Sequence record: JX131330.1
Direction: 5' to 3' (one strand)
Length of the DNA: 32,000 nucleotides
DNA from: Pseudomonas phage MP1412
Below, piece by piece: positions 17,528 to 26,186 of this stretch. A model generated the notes under the pieces. The model was not told where the DNA came from and did no database searches. It saw only the letters and a program-made list of their open reading frames with translations. Both the position numbers and the translations under genes were made by a program. The first letter of the stretch is position 1. Each line of letters begins with the position of its first letter.

Positions 17528-17918
17528 AGCCGCAATGTGGGACTCCCTCCGCCCCGTCATCCGGTCGCTGGACCCGGTGCGCGTGGAGAACCCCATTGTG
17601 CCCGGGACCCCGGATGTGAACTACAACCAGGGCTGGATTGAATTGAAGTTCGCTGAACGCTGGCCGCCCAGGGGCGGACCGCTTCGAGTGGACCACTTCA
17701 CCCGCCAGCAGAGGACCTGGCTGACCCGTCGCCGCAGGGCCGGGGGCCGGGCCTTCCTCCTGCTGAAGGTCGGGGAGACGGAGTGGTTGCTATTCGATGG
17801 AGCGGTGGCCGCCGCTATGCTGGGCCGGGTTCCGCGAGAACGCCTGTATGAGGTCTGTGTCGCACGTTGGACACGCCTCCCAAGAACCAAGGAGATTTGT
17901 ACATGTCTGCTACAGTGA
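17520..17918 (+). CDS. VRR-NUC / PD-(D/E)XK-like nuclease
   Basis: PGTPDVNY...GWIELKFAERWP...VDHFTRQQRTWLTRRRRAGGRAFLLLKV. Confidence 0.65.
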   Translation: MSEAAMWDSLRPVIRSLDPVRVENPIVPGTPDVNYNQGWIELKFAERWPPRGGPLRVDHFTRQQRTWLTRRRRAGGRAFLLLKVGETEWLLFDGAVAAAMLGRVPRERLYEVCVARWTRLPRTKEICTCLLQ

Positions 17919-18229
17919 CACCAACCAAAGGCGAAAGCCTACTGCTACACCGCCGCCGCAAGGGTCTCAATCAGATTGAGGCCGCGAAGGAGTACGGGGT
18001 GCACCCGGACCGCTACCGTGAATGGGAAGCGGACCGCCGCCTGGACGATCAACCGCGCCAGCACCTCGGACAACTGAAGCCCCACGAGGTCTGCTTGCTG
18101 TTCCGCCGCCGCTCGGGTAAGACCCAGCGCGAAATCGCCGCCGCTCTGGGCTGCACTCGCCTCTGGCTGATTCAAATGGAAAGTGGGAACGCCCCCGTGG
18201 AGCGCCTGCGCGAATACTGGGGGTTTTGA
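17903..18229 (+). CDS. tandem helix-turn-helix DNA-binding protein
   Basis: LLLHRRRKGLNQIEAAKEYGVHPDRYREWE and LLFRRRSGKTQREIAAALGCTRLWLIQMESG, two HTH (XRE-like) units. Confidence 0.75.
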   Translation: MSATVTPTKGESLLLHRRRKGLNQIEAAKEYGVHPDRYREWEADRRLDDQPRQHLGQLKPHEVCLLFRRRSGKTQREIAAALGCTRLWLIQMESGNAPVERLREYWGF

Positions 18230-18230
18230 C

Positions 18231-18734
18231 ATGACCTGCGGCATCTACTTGATCAACCATAAACCCTCCGGGCGGAAGTACGTGGGGCAAGCCCGGAACG
18301 TGGAAGAACGCTGGGAACGTCACCGCAAGGGCGACACAAACCGCTATCTGCGCGAAATCGTTGCGACCGAAGGACCGGAGGCCCTGGAGTTCCAGCTGCT
18401 CGAAGTCGCGGAGCCGGAGAACCTGAACGCCCGGGAAATCTTCTGGATTGGGCAACACGCCAGTATGTATCCGCAAGGCTTCAACCTCACCGCGGGCGGG
18501 AAGGTCCCTGACTCGGTTTCGCCAGAGGTCCGCCAGATACTGTCCCAGGCCCAGCGCAAGGCTTGGGAGGGCGACCCGAAGCGGAAGCAGCGACAAGCTG
18601 AATTGGGCCGTCAACGCATGGCGCAGGACGGCTACCGGGAAAGGACTGTCTGTTCACCGGAGGCCCGGGCGAAGATCGCCGCGGGTATGAAGGAACGGGC
18701 AGGTGAGATGAATCGCAAGCGGTGGGGGAATTAA
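18231..18734 (+). CDS. GIY-YIG endonuclease with NUMOD3-like tail
   Basis: GIYLINHKPSGRKYVGQARNVEERWERHRKG and C-terminal SPEARAKIAAGMKERAGEMNRKRW. Confidence 0.85.
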   Translation: MTCGIYLINHKPSGRKYVGQARNVEERWERHRKGDTNRYLREIVATEGPEALEFQLLEVAEPENLNAREIFWIGQHASMYPQGFNLTAGGKVPDSVSPEVRQILSQAQRKAWEGDPKRKQRQAELGRQRMAQDGYRERTVCSPEARAKIAAGMKERAGEMNRKRWGN

Positions 18735-18736
18735 CA

Positions 18737-21148
18737 ATGGCGGAACTGCCGAAACACAAGACCAAGGACGCAATCGACTTCCTGAAGAAGTGGTGCCCGG
18801 AGGGGCCGTGGGTCCTGACGGCCATCATCCCGGACGGGAAAACGGAGACGGTCACATTCATGCCCGACCGCTGGCAGAAAGCCGCGGAGTGGATCGAAGG
18901 ACATCAGGGCAAGCGCAACCTGTACTTCCACGTGAACCCGGTCCGCCGGGCGATGGACGTGAAAGCCTCGAAGGAGGACATGGCCCGCCTCGCCTGGCTT
19001 CACGTGGACATCGACCCGCGAGCCGGGGAGGACTTCGAGGAGGAGCGGGCGCGGGCGCTGAAGCTGCTCCAGTCCTACACGCCCAAGCCCACGGTCATCA
19101 TCGACTCGGGCGGGGGCTATCAGGGCTTTTGGCGTCTGAACCCGTCCGACAAGCTGGACATCGCCGGATCGGTGGCGAAGGCTCAAGAGCTGGAAGCCTA
19201 CAACATCCAGCTGGAGAAGGTGTTTCAGGCGGACCACTGCCACAACGTGGACCGCATCATGCGCCTCCCGGGCACGATCAACATGCCCACCGCGAAGAAG
19301 GTCAAGAAGGGTCGCCAGCCGACCCTCGCCCGTCTCGTGGAGTGGAATGAGGCCAGCTACCCCATCGAACAATTCACCCCCGCGGTTCGAGTCCAGATGG
19401 CGGAGCAGGGCCTGGCCGGGGGCCGTCCGAAGGTGAAGATCACGGGCAACGTCCCGGACATCGGAACGGAGGAGCTGCGGGAGTGGGCCCATGAGCACGG
19501 GAAGGCTATCAGCGACCACGTGCTGGCGCTGATTGCTACTGGGCAGGACCCGCTGGACCCGACCAAGTACCCCTCCCGGTCGGAAGCCCTGTTCAAGGTC
19601 TGCTGCGACCTCGTGCGGGCGGAGGTCCCTGATGAAATGATCTTCGCGGTGATCACCGGCTCCAACGAAATCGCCGCGAGCGTCAGAGACAAGCCGAACT
19701 GGGAAGGCTACGCCCTGCGGCAGATCGAACGTGCCCACGAGGAGGCGGTGGACCCTTGGCTGCGCAAGCTCAACGAGAAGCACGCCGTCATCGCGGACAT
19801 CGGCGGGAAGTGCCGCATCATCAGCGAGGTCTGGGACCCGGCGATGAAGCGGACCAAAATCAGCAAGCAGTCCTTCGAGGACTTCCGCAACCGCTACCGC
19901 CACATCAAGGTAGTGGTTGGGCACTCGGAGGAGGGCAAGCCCATCGAGAAGGCCGCGGGAGCCTTCTGGATTGATCACCCCCAGCGCCGCCAATATGAGA
20001 CCATCGTGTTTGCTCCCGGCCAGGAGGTCGAAGAAGCCTACAACCTCTGGCGCGGGTTCGCGTGCGACTCCCTCCCGGGCGAGAAGCACATGCCCTTCCT
20101 GAACCACATCCGCGACAACGTCTGCTCGGGGAACCCGGAGCACTACCAATACCTGGTCGGGTGGATGGCGCGGATGGTCCAGCACCCGGACGGCCCGGGC
20201 GAAGTGGCCGTGGTCCTCCGCGGTCGCCGCGGCACCGGCAAGTCCTTCTTCGCCAAGGTCCTGGGCGCGATGTTCGGGCGTCACTACCTCCAAGTCAGCG
20301 ACTCGAAGCACCTGGTGGGCTCCTTCAACGCCCACCTCCGGGATACCGTCCTGCTGTTCGGTGATGAGGCTTTCTTCGCCGGGGACAAGAAGCACGAAAG
20401 CGTGCTCAAAACCCTCGTGACCGAAGAACACCTGGTGATCGAGGGCAAGGGCGTGGACGCGGAAGCGGCCCCGAACTATGTCCACCTGGTCCTCGCCTCG
20501 AACGAAGATTGGGTGGTGCCCGCGGGTCTGGATGAGCGCCGGTTCTTCGTCATGGAGGTGGGCGAGGGCCACAAGCAGGACCACGCCTATTTCAAGCGCA
20601 TCAAGGACGATCTGGACAACGGAGGGCTTGAGCACCTGCTCCACTTCCTCCTGACCTATGACCTGAGCGCCTTCGAGGTTCGCCAGGTCCCCCAGACCCG
20701 GGCGCTGCAGGACCAGAAGATCATGAGCATGTCGCCGGAAACCCAGTGGATGTATGAGAAGCTGTGGGAGGGCCGGTTGCTCAAGACCGACCAGGACTGG
20801 CGGAACAAGGTGGTGAAGGACAGCTTGTATGACGACTACGTGAACGACCTCCGCGACCAGGGCCGGAACTTCCGCATGAGTCGCACCGGCTTCGGCAAGT
20901 GGCTCGCCCGGGCCTTCCCGGACGGCTGGCCGCAGTCGAAGCAGGAAATGGCGGAAGTGCCCTGGACCAATGAACACGGCTTCGAGGTGATGATCAAGAA
21001 GCGCGTGTACATGTACTACCTCCCCCCGCTGGAGCAGGTCCGGGCGCACTGGGACAAGAACTTTGGCGGCCCGTTCGAGTGGCCCAAGGTCGAACCGACC
21101 CAGGAGCCTCTGAAGGACGGCCCGAAGTCGGACAAGCCCCCATTCTGA
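18737..21148 (+). CDS. phage primase-helicase (DUF5906/SF3-like ATPase)
   Basis: RRGTGKSFFAKVLGAMFG, RDTVLLFGDEAFFAGD, VHLVLASNEDWVVPAGLDERRFFV. N-terminal primase-like LAWLHVDIDPR...PTVIIDSGGGYQGFW. Confidence 0.88.
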   Translation: MAELPKHKTKDAIDFLKKWCPEGPWVLTAIIPDGKTETVTFMPDRWQKAAEWIEGHQGKRNLYFHVNPVRRAMDVKASKEDMARLAWLHVDIDPRAGEDFEEERARALKLLQSYTPKPTVIIDSGGGYQGFWRLNPSDKLDIAGSVAKAQELEAYNIQLEKVFQADHCHNVDRIMRLPGTINMPTAKKVKKGRQPTLARLVEWNEASYPIEQFTPAVRVQMAEQGLAGGRPKVKITGNVPDIGTEELREWAHEHGKAISDHVLALIATGQDPLDPTKYPSRSEALFKVCCDLVRAEVPDEMIFAVITGSNEIAASVRDKPNWEGYALRQIERAHEEAVDPWLRKLNEKHAVIADIGGKCRIISEVWDPAMKRTKISKQSFEDFRNRYRHIKVVVGHSEEGKPIEKAAGAFWIDHPQRRQYETIVFAPGQEVEEAYNLWRGFACDSLPGEKHMPFLNHIRDNVCSGNPEHYQYLVGWMARMVQHPDGPGEVAVVLRGRRGTGKSFFAKVLGAMFGRHYLQVSDSKHLVGSFNAHLRDTVLLFGDEAFFAGDKKHESVLKTLVTEEHLVIEGKGVDAEAAPNYVHLVLASNEDWVVPAGLDERRFFVMEVGEGHKQDHAYFKRIKDDLDNGGLEHLLHFLLTYDLSAFEVRQVPQTRALQDQKIMSMSPETQWMYEKLWEGRLLKTDQDWRNKVVKDSLYDDYVNDLRDQGRNFRMSRTGFGKWLARAFPDGWPQSKQEMAEVPWTNEHGFEVMIKKRVYMYYLPPLEQVRAHWDKNFGGPFEWPKVEPTQEPLKDGPKSDKPPF

Positions 21149-21158
21149 GGACGCCGCG

Positions 21159-21374
21159 ATGAGCGACACGCTGGAAGCAACGAAGCGGGAGCTGGAGGGG
21201 GCGGGGATCGCCTACACGGTGGAGCAGGGCCGGAGACACTACAAGGTCCGTTTCACCGTGAGGGGGAAGCCCCTGATGGTGACGTGCTCGCGGACTTCCT
21301 CCGACCACCGCGCGGCCCTCAACGCCCGCCTTCAGGTCCGGCGGGAAATCCGCCGGGCGCTGGAATTGACCTGA
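21159..21374 (+). CDS. hypothetical protein
   Basis: 71 aa ORF, ATG start. Confidence 0.55.
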   Translation: MSDTLEATKRELEGAGIAYTVEQGRRHYKVRFTVRGKPLMVTCSRTSSDHRAALNARLQVRREIRRALELT

Positions 21375-21379
21375 CCCGC

Positions 21380-21408
21380 TTTACTTCTTCGGAAATGGAC
21401 ACTATACT
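21380..21408 (+). promoter_or_regulatory. composite promoter element copy 4
   Basis: TTTACT 21380-21385, 17 nt, TATACT 21403-21408, flanks TTTACTTCTTCGG and CACTATACTTCTTCACA. Confidence 0.85.
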
Positions 21409-21426
21409 TCTTCACACGAGGCGCAA

Positions 21427-21648
21427 ATGAACCCGCCACTGATACTGACAGACCTGTTTACAATTGGGAAGGAGCTGACCAACCATGAACTCCAAGAAAC
21501 CTACCGCCGCATGTTCGGCAAACCGATACCCCGCGGGGCGCGGCCAGCAGAAGTCGCCCGACACCTTGCTGCGTCAAGCCCGCTGCGATTCGAGTTTGAA
21601 GTCAATCGCCTTCGCGGCCATGCTTGGGACGCTGACGAGACTCCGTGA
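21427..21648 (+). CDS. hypothetical protein
   Basis: 73 aa ORF immediately downstream of promoter copy 4. Confidence 0.5.
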   Translation: MNPPLILTDLFTIGKELTNHELQETYRRMFGKPIPRGARPAEVARHLAASSPLRFEFEVNRLRGHAWDADETP

Positions 21649-21850
21649 CCTCGGGCCGCTCCTCGCCGCCGCGGGCTTCATCGCCCTGCTCTTGGGCGGA
21701 ATGCTCTGGGCCTTCTGGGACGCGACCGGCCTGCCGACCGTGTACAAGTCCTACCTGACCCGGGAGTGCGTGAGGGTGGAGTTCATCGACGGCTCCCCCG
21801 GCGACTGCTCCGACCTCCCGGACCGCTACCACCACGTGTGGGTCGAATAA
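21620..21850 (+). CDS. small membrane protein
   Basis: 76 aa with one hydrophobic segment LGPLLAAAGFIALLLGGMLWAFW. Two downstream cysteines in CVRVEFIDGSPGDC. Confidence 0.55.
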   Translation: MLGTLTRLRDLGPLLAAAGFIALLLGGMLWAFWDATGLPTVYKSYLTRECVRVEFIDGSPGDCSDLPDRYHHVWVE

Positions 21851-21886
21851 CCACCCGCAACCTCAACCAAGAAAAGGAGTCACAAC

Positions 21887-23065
21887 GTGATCATCTTCCG
21901 CAACAAGGGCGTCATTGACCCCAAGTCCATCACTACCTTCGGGGTCAGCTCGAAGGAGAACCCCGGGGCCATCGGCTTCTTCGGGACCGGCCTCAAGTAC
22001 GCCATCGCCATCCTCCTCCGCGAGGGCTGCGACATCACCATTCACGCCGGGAAGCGCAAGCTGGAGTTCGGCATCAAGCGGGATCGCGTCCGGGTCGATG
22101 ACTTCAACGTGGTCACGATGAACAACCACCGTCTGGGCTTCACCACGGAGGTCGGCAAGACCTGGGAAGTGTGGCAAGCCTTCCGTGAGTTGTATTGCAA
22201 CACGATGGACGAACGGGGCGAAGTGTTCGAGGCCAGCGAGGTCCCGGAAGTCGCCGCGGACGAAACCGTGATTGTGGTCCGGGGCGAGAAGTTCCTGGAT
22301 GTCTGGGCGTCCCGCTCCGACATCATCCTGTCCTCCGAACCGCTGGAGCGCCACGAGGCCGTCCACATCCACCCCGGGCCGTCCCACTTCGTGTACTACC
22401 GGGGCGTGCGAGCCTACCGGCTGGACAACCCCTCGCAGTTCACCTACAACATTCAGAAGAAGGTGGACCTGACGGAGGATCGGACCATCAAGTGGTCCTG
22501 GGACATCACCGCCGCCGTCCGCCGCGGGCTCTGCGAGTCGCAACAAGCTCCCCTGATCAAGAAGGCCGTCACCGCGCCCAAGGCGACCTTCGAGCATGCG
22601 CTGGAGTTCGAGGGCGTGGAGCCGTCCAAGCCCTTCCTGGCGACCGTTTCCGAACTCGCCCGCAGCTTCGACTCCTCGCTGTCCCGCTCCGCGCTGAAGG
22701 CTTCGCAGGTCTGGATCATGGACCAGCTCCATGAGGAGGCGAGCCCGATGCGCCTGAGCGAGCTGGAGCGGACCCGGCTGGAGAAGGCCGCGGGCTTCTG
22801 CGAGCGGCTGGGCTTCGCCGTCCGGGAGTACCCGATCATTGTCAGCGAGTTCCTGGGCGAGGAGGTCCTGGGCCGGGCGCATGAGGGCAAAATCTACATC
22901 AGCAAGCGCACCTTGATGATGGGGACCAAGATGCTGGCCGGGACGCTGATTGAGGAGTTCATCCACCTCCGCCACCAGCTGTACGATGAAACCCGCACCA
23001 TGCAGAACTTCCTGATGGACACCATCGTGTCCTTGGGCGAACAGATCACCGGAGAACCGCTATGA
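21887..23065 (+). CDS. GHKL/HSP90-like ATPase-fold protein with a putative C-terminal metal-binding EExxH helix
   Basis: GVSSKENPGAIGFFGTGLKYAIAILL (G2-box-like GxxGxGLK) and LIEEFIHLRHQLYDETRTMQNFLMD. Confidence 0.6.
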   Translation: MIIFRNKGVIDPKSITTFGVSSKENPGAIGFFGTGLKYAIAILLREGCDITIHAGKRKLEFGIKRDRVRVDDFNVVTMNNHRLGFTTEVGKTWEVWQAFRELYCNTMDERGEVFEASEVPEVAADETVIVVRGEKFLDVWASRSDIILSSEPLERHEAVHIHPGPSHFVYYRGVRAYRLDNPSQFTYNIQKKVDLTEDRTIKWSWDITAAVRRGLCESQQAPLIKKAVTAPKATFEHALEFEGVEPSKPFLATVSELARSFDSSLSRSALKASQVWIMDQLHEEASPMRLSELERTRLEKAAGFCERLGFAVREYPIIVSEFLGEEVLGRAHEGKIYISKRTLMMGTKMLAGTLIEEFIHLRHQLYDETRTMQNFLMDTIVSLGEQITGEPL

Positions 23066-23403
23066 GCCGCAAGACCACCATCCGTCTCACCGGAGACGCC
23101 CTGACCGCCGCCCGGGCCGTCCACGGCATCCACCAACAGGCCCACGCCCAGAAGGCGGAGCTGGAACGCGAGTTCCAGGAGCGGCTGAACGAACTCGGGC
23201 GGGACGCCCAGGAGCAGATGAGCCGGGCCTGGCCGGTGCTCATGAACGCCGCGGACCTCCCGATGGAGGAGCTGGGCGAGTGGGAACTGGACGCGAGCTA
23301 TTTGGATGACCACGGCTGCGCCTTCCTGAGCAAGCGCGAGGAGGAGGACGCCCGCCCCTCCTTGGGCGACCTCCTCCAGTCCATGACGGCCTCGAAGCAC
23401 TGA
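23062..23403 (+). CDS. hypothetical protein
   Basis: 113 aa, ATG overlaps the upstream stop. Confidence 0.6.
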   Translation: MSRKTTIRLTGDALTAARAVHGIHQQAHAQKAELEREFQERLNELGRDAQEQMSRAWPVLMNAADLPMEELGEWELDASYLDDHGCAFLSKREEEDARPSLGDLLQSMTASKH

Positions 23404-23407
23404 CCAC

Positions 23408-23436
23408 TTTACTTCTTCGGGGTCTGTGACTATACT
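23408..23436 (+). promoter_or_regulatory. composite promoter element copy 5
   Basis: TTTACT 23408-23413, 17 nt, TATACT 23431-23436, flanks TTTACTTCTTCGGGG and GACTATACTTTCTTCAC. Confidence 0.85.
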
Positions 23437-23470
23437 TTCTTCACTGACCCCGAACCGAAGGAGCCCGATC

Positions 23471-23740
23471 ATGAGACTGATGACCCTCGCCCTGGCCGTC
23501 CTGCTACCGCTCGCCACGCAGGCGCAAGCGGAGGATCGCCCCCTGTATAACGCCCAGGAGACGATCCGGCGGGCGCAGGTCGGCAGCTTCTCGCCCCGTC
23601 TCGCCCCGCCGGTTCGCGTCACCGTACCGGCGGAGGCAGGAAAGCCGGACCCGTCCCGGTTTGAGCGCCTGGAGTGCCGCCACGATCCGTCGCGGCCCCT
23701 GGGCAAGACTATTGTTTGTGAACCTCGGAGAACCAACTGA
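23471..23740 (+). CDS. small secreted/periplasmic protein candidate
   Basis: N-terminal signal peptide-like MRLMTLALAVLLPLATQAQAE. Confidence 0.6.
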   Translation: MRLMTLALAVLLPLATQAQAEDRPLYNAQETIRRAQVGSFSPRLAPPVRVTVPAEAGKPDPSRFERLECRHDPSRPLGKTIVCEPRRTN

Positions 23741-23742
23741 AT

Positions 23743-24348
23743 ATGGAAACCCAAGAATCAATCACCCGCTGGGCTGACGATACCTTCGGCCCAAAGCACC
23801 CCGCGGAAGTCGCCGCGCGGATGAACGTGGAAGTGGCGGAGCTGGTCGCCGGACTCGCCACCGTCGCCGCCGTCCCGGTCGCGGACATGGACCCGGAGCT
23901 GGTCCAGGAACTCCAGAAGGAGTGCGCGGACGTGTTCATCATGCTCGCCCAGGTCGCGGAGAAGCTGAACGCGGACCTCCAGACCGTGGTGGACTTCAAG
24001 ATGGGCGTGAACCGCAATCGCGCCTGGGGCCGGAGCCCGACCGGGAAGATGCAGCACGTGGAAACCTTCCTGGACCCCGGAAGCGGTCTGGAAATGGAGT
24101 TGGACAAGTTCTACATCATCAGCGACTCCGGCAGCTTCTTCACGCCGCAGGGCTTCGACTCCGCCGATCAAGCCCTGAACTGGGCTCAATCCGCGGACGG
24201 GATCGCCGCCGGGGCGCAGGACGCTGTGGTGCCGACCTTCCAGGCCGGGGGCTTCTTCGAGGGCCAGGACGGCGTGAACATCTACCTGGGCCGCGAGTTG
24301 CGTGCCTTCTGGAAAGCCAACCCCCTGTGCGAAGGAGAACCGGCATGA
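23743..24348 (+). CDS. MazG-like nucleotide pyrophosphohydrolase domain protein
   Basis: MNVEVAELVAGL...LQKECADVFIMLAQVAEKLNADLQTVVDFKMGVNRNRAW matches the EExxE...ExxD helical pattern. Confidence 0.75.
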   Translation: METQESITRWADDTFGPKHPAEVAARMNVEVAELVAGLATVAAVPVADMDPELVQELQKECADVFIMLAQVAEKLNADLQTVVDFKMGVNRNRAWGRSPTGKMQHVETFLDPGSGLEMELDKFYIISDSGSFFTPQGFDSADQALNWAQSADGIAAGAQDAVVPTFQAGGFFEGQDGVNIYLGRELRAFWKANPLCEGEPA

Positions 24349-24821
24349 CTACCACCATCCAGGGCGTCCAGGCCCGCCTCGGGCGCAACCCGGAGGACCC
24401 GCGCAAGTACCAAGTGACGGTCCTCGTGTACAGCCAGAAGCGCCCCGGCCTGAAGTCCTCCACGGACATCGACCCGGGCCAATGCGCGAGCCAACAACAC
24501 CTCCTCCAGCTGATCGGGACGGCGGGAGCCGCTTGCGCGGAGTACCTGGGCAACAACTACGGGGACAACATCGACCCCGTGGCCGCGTCCCGGGACGCCC
24601 TCCGCGCCTTCGGGGAGGAGTGCCGGCTGATGGCGGAACTCGCCAAGGACGTACCCGCGAAGCTGAAGCGCCTCGAAAGCAACGTGGCGAAGCTGTCCAA
24701 CGAGAACCAGGAACAGTTGCGCCGTCTGCGCTACCTCGTGGACCACCAGGAACAGCTCCTGCCAAAGGAGGTCGCGTGGCTGAATCAGCGCCTCGGGGAA
24801 CTACACGGAGGTCAGCTGTGA
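24345..24821 (+). CDS. hypothetical protein
   Basis: 158 aa, start MTTTIQ overlaps the MazG-like stop; coiled-coil-rich C-terminus. The ORF track start at 23922 is spurious. Confidence 0.6.
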   Translation: MTTTIQGVQARLGRNPEDPRKYQVTVLVYSQKRPGLKSSTDIDPGQCASQQHLLQLIGTAGAACAEYLGNNYGDNIDPVAASRDALRAFGEECRLMAELAKDVPAKLKRLESNVAKLSNENQEQLRRLRYLVDHQEQLLPKEVAWLNQRLGELHGGQL

Positions 24822-25147
24822 AAGACCTGGACGAAGCGGCCCTGGCCGTTCTGTTCGAGGAGTACCGGCAACGCCTTCCGGTCGCGGACTGGGAGGAGTT
24901 CCTGGTCATCGCCCGGGGCGTCCTTGCCTCGGAGCGGGTCCGGTGCCGAGTCCAGCGCCGGGAGTATTTTGTGGAGGACTACCTGGAAGCCGATCTGCGC
25001 CGCCATTTTGACACGCTGGCGCATCGTTTCGGATCGCCCGCCCTGGCGATTCCCGGACCGCGACCGCTCCAGCTGAAGGAACTCCCGTGGTGGAGACGCC
25101 GGGCGCTGCTCGCCCTCCTCCCGAAGCCGGATGACGACAATCCCTGA
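24818..25147 (+). CDS. hypothetical protein (GTG start)
   Basis: Translationally coupled GTGA overlap. VKDLDEAALAVLFEEYRQRLP... Confidence 0.5.
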   Translation: MKDLDEAALAVLFEEYRQRLPVADWEEFLVIARGVLASERVRCRVQRREYFVEDYLEADLRRHFDTLAHRFGSPALAIPGPRPLQLKELPWWRRRALLALLPKPDDDNP

Positions 25148-25164
25148 TGACACGGAGACGAACG

Positions 25165-25461
25165 ATGATTGAGACCAACAACCCAGGCCACGGCTTCTTC
25201 GGAACCTACGCCCAGAAGAAGGGCGAGGAGGCCGCGCGCAAGGCTTGGGCCGTGGCCTTCGAGGCGATTGCCGCCGCGATCCCCTCCGCGAAGCCGGAGG
25301 AGGTCCGCAACTACCTGGACAGCGTGTATGGGCGCCACACCGCGGACGAAGTTCTGAACGGCACCCCGGTCGCCCGCCAGGTGGAGTTCCGCCGGGCTCG
25401 CCTCGTGCGCCACTTCGCGGAGATTCAACGCCAGACGGCCCAAGGCCGCTTTGAGGACTGA
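25165..25461 (+). CDS. hypothetical protein
   Basis: 98 aa, MIETNNPGHGFFG..., preceded by a GGAGACG ribosome-binding site. Confidence 0.55.
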   Translation: MIETNNPGHGFFGTYAQKKGEEAARKAWAVAFEAIAAAIPSAKPEEVRNYLDSVYGRHTADEVLNGTPVARQVEFRRARLVRHFAEIQRQTAQGRFED

Positions 25462-25463
25462 CC

Positions 25464-25751
25464 ATGATACCATTTGACCAAGTCGAAGCCTACGTGGGCG
25501 ACTTCCTGAGCGACCTCCACGGACGGGGCCTGGGCGGAAACATCGTGAAGGACTCGCCCGCCCAGCTCACCTACCCGGAGCGCGCGAGCTGGACCGGGGA
25601 AGCGCACCAGCTCGCCTTCCTGGGCGAGCCTGGGGACTACCGCCTGGAGCTGCGCCGGATCGAAGGCGGGCACTGGGAGGCGATCCGCGAGGAGCGCGAC
25701 CCGGACCGCTTCAACCTGCTGATCATCGACCTCTGCGTGAAGGAGGGCTGA
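25464..25751 (+). CDS. hypothetical protein
   Basis: 95 aa ORF in a contiguous operon. Confidence 0.55.
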   Translation: MIPFDQVEAYVGDFLSDLHGRGLGGNIVKDSPAQLTYPERASWTGEAHQLAFLGEPGDYRLELRRIEGGHWEAIREERDPDRFNLLIIDLCVKEG

Positions 25752-25755
25752 CGCC

Positions 25756-26025
25756 ATGAACCAAGACCCGAACAAGCGCCCCAACGGGACGTACAAGCCC
25801 AAGGCGGAGCGGTTGCCGCCGGTGAACCTTGACGCGGCGATCCACGGGGGCCTCCGCCTTCTCGCCTTCGCCCTGTTCCGCCAGGCTATCGTGGAGGCTA
25901 TCGTGGACCAGCGCGAGACGGCCCAAGGCATACCGACCGGCGACGGCTCGCGGGCGACCTCCTGGGAGGAGCTGGAGCGGGTCCTGGGCAAGGAGACGGT
26001 GGACAGGATGAGGGCCGGAACTTGA
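25756..26025 (+). CDS. hypothetical protein
   Basis: 89 aa ORF in a contiguous operon. Confidence 0.55.
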   Translation: MNQDPNKRPNGTYKPKAERLPPVNLDAAIHGGLRLLAFALFRQAIVEAIVDQRETAQGIPTGDGSRATSWEELERVLGKETVDRMRAGT

Positions 26026-26186
26026 AGGAGAACCGGGATTGGGAGCTGTGCTGGATCGTTCCGGGAGGTTCCCTTCAAACCAAGAAGGTGACGGGCTACG
26101 CCCGCGCCTGTCAGGAGGCCAAGAACCTCCGATTCAAGATGCGCAGGACCGAAGGAGTGAGAATATGGATCATGAGCGAGTTCTGA
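26022..26186 (+). CDS. small hypothetical protein (TTG start, low support)
   Basis: TTGA overlap with the upstream stop. LKENRDWELCWIVPGG...ARACQEAKNLRFKMRR. Missed by the ATG-biased ORF track. Confidence 0.3.
   Translation: MKENRDWELCWIVPGGSLQTKKVTGYARACQEAKNLRFKMRRTEGVRIWIMSEF

Noticed and set aside
18731-21169. 812 aa minus-strand ORF, along with other long antisense ORFs (8839-10881, 4184-5695, 12482-13702, 15688-16725)
   Set aside because: They lie exactly opposite well-supported + strand genes, have low-complexity composition typical of high-GC shadow frames, and show no recognisable motifs.
21485-21619. Upstream portion of the 121 aa ORF 21485-21850
   Set aside because: It overlaps the 21427-21648 gene in another frame. 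The internal ATG at 21620 gives a coherent small membrane protein.
23922-24344. Upstream part of the 299 aa ORF overlapping the MazG-like gene
   Set aside because: Arg/Gly-rich out-of-frame shadow of the MazG-like protein. The supported start is the ATG at 24345.
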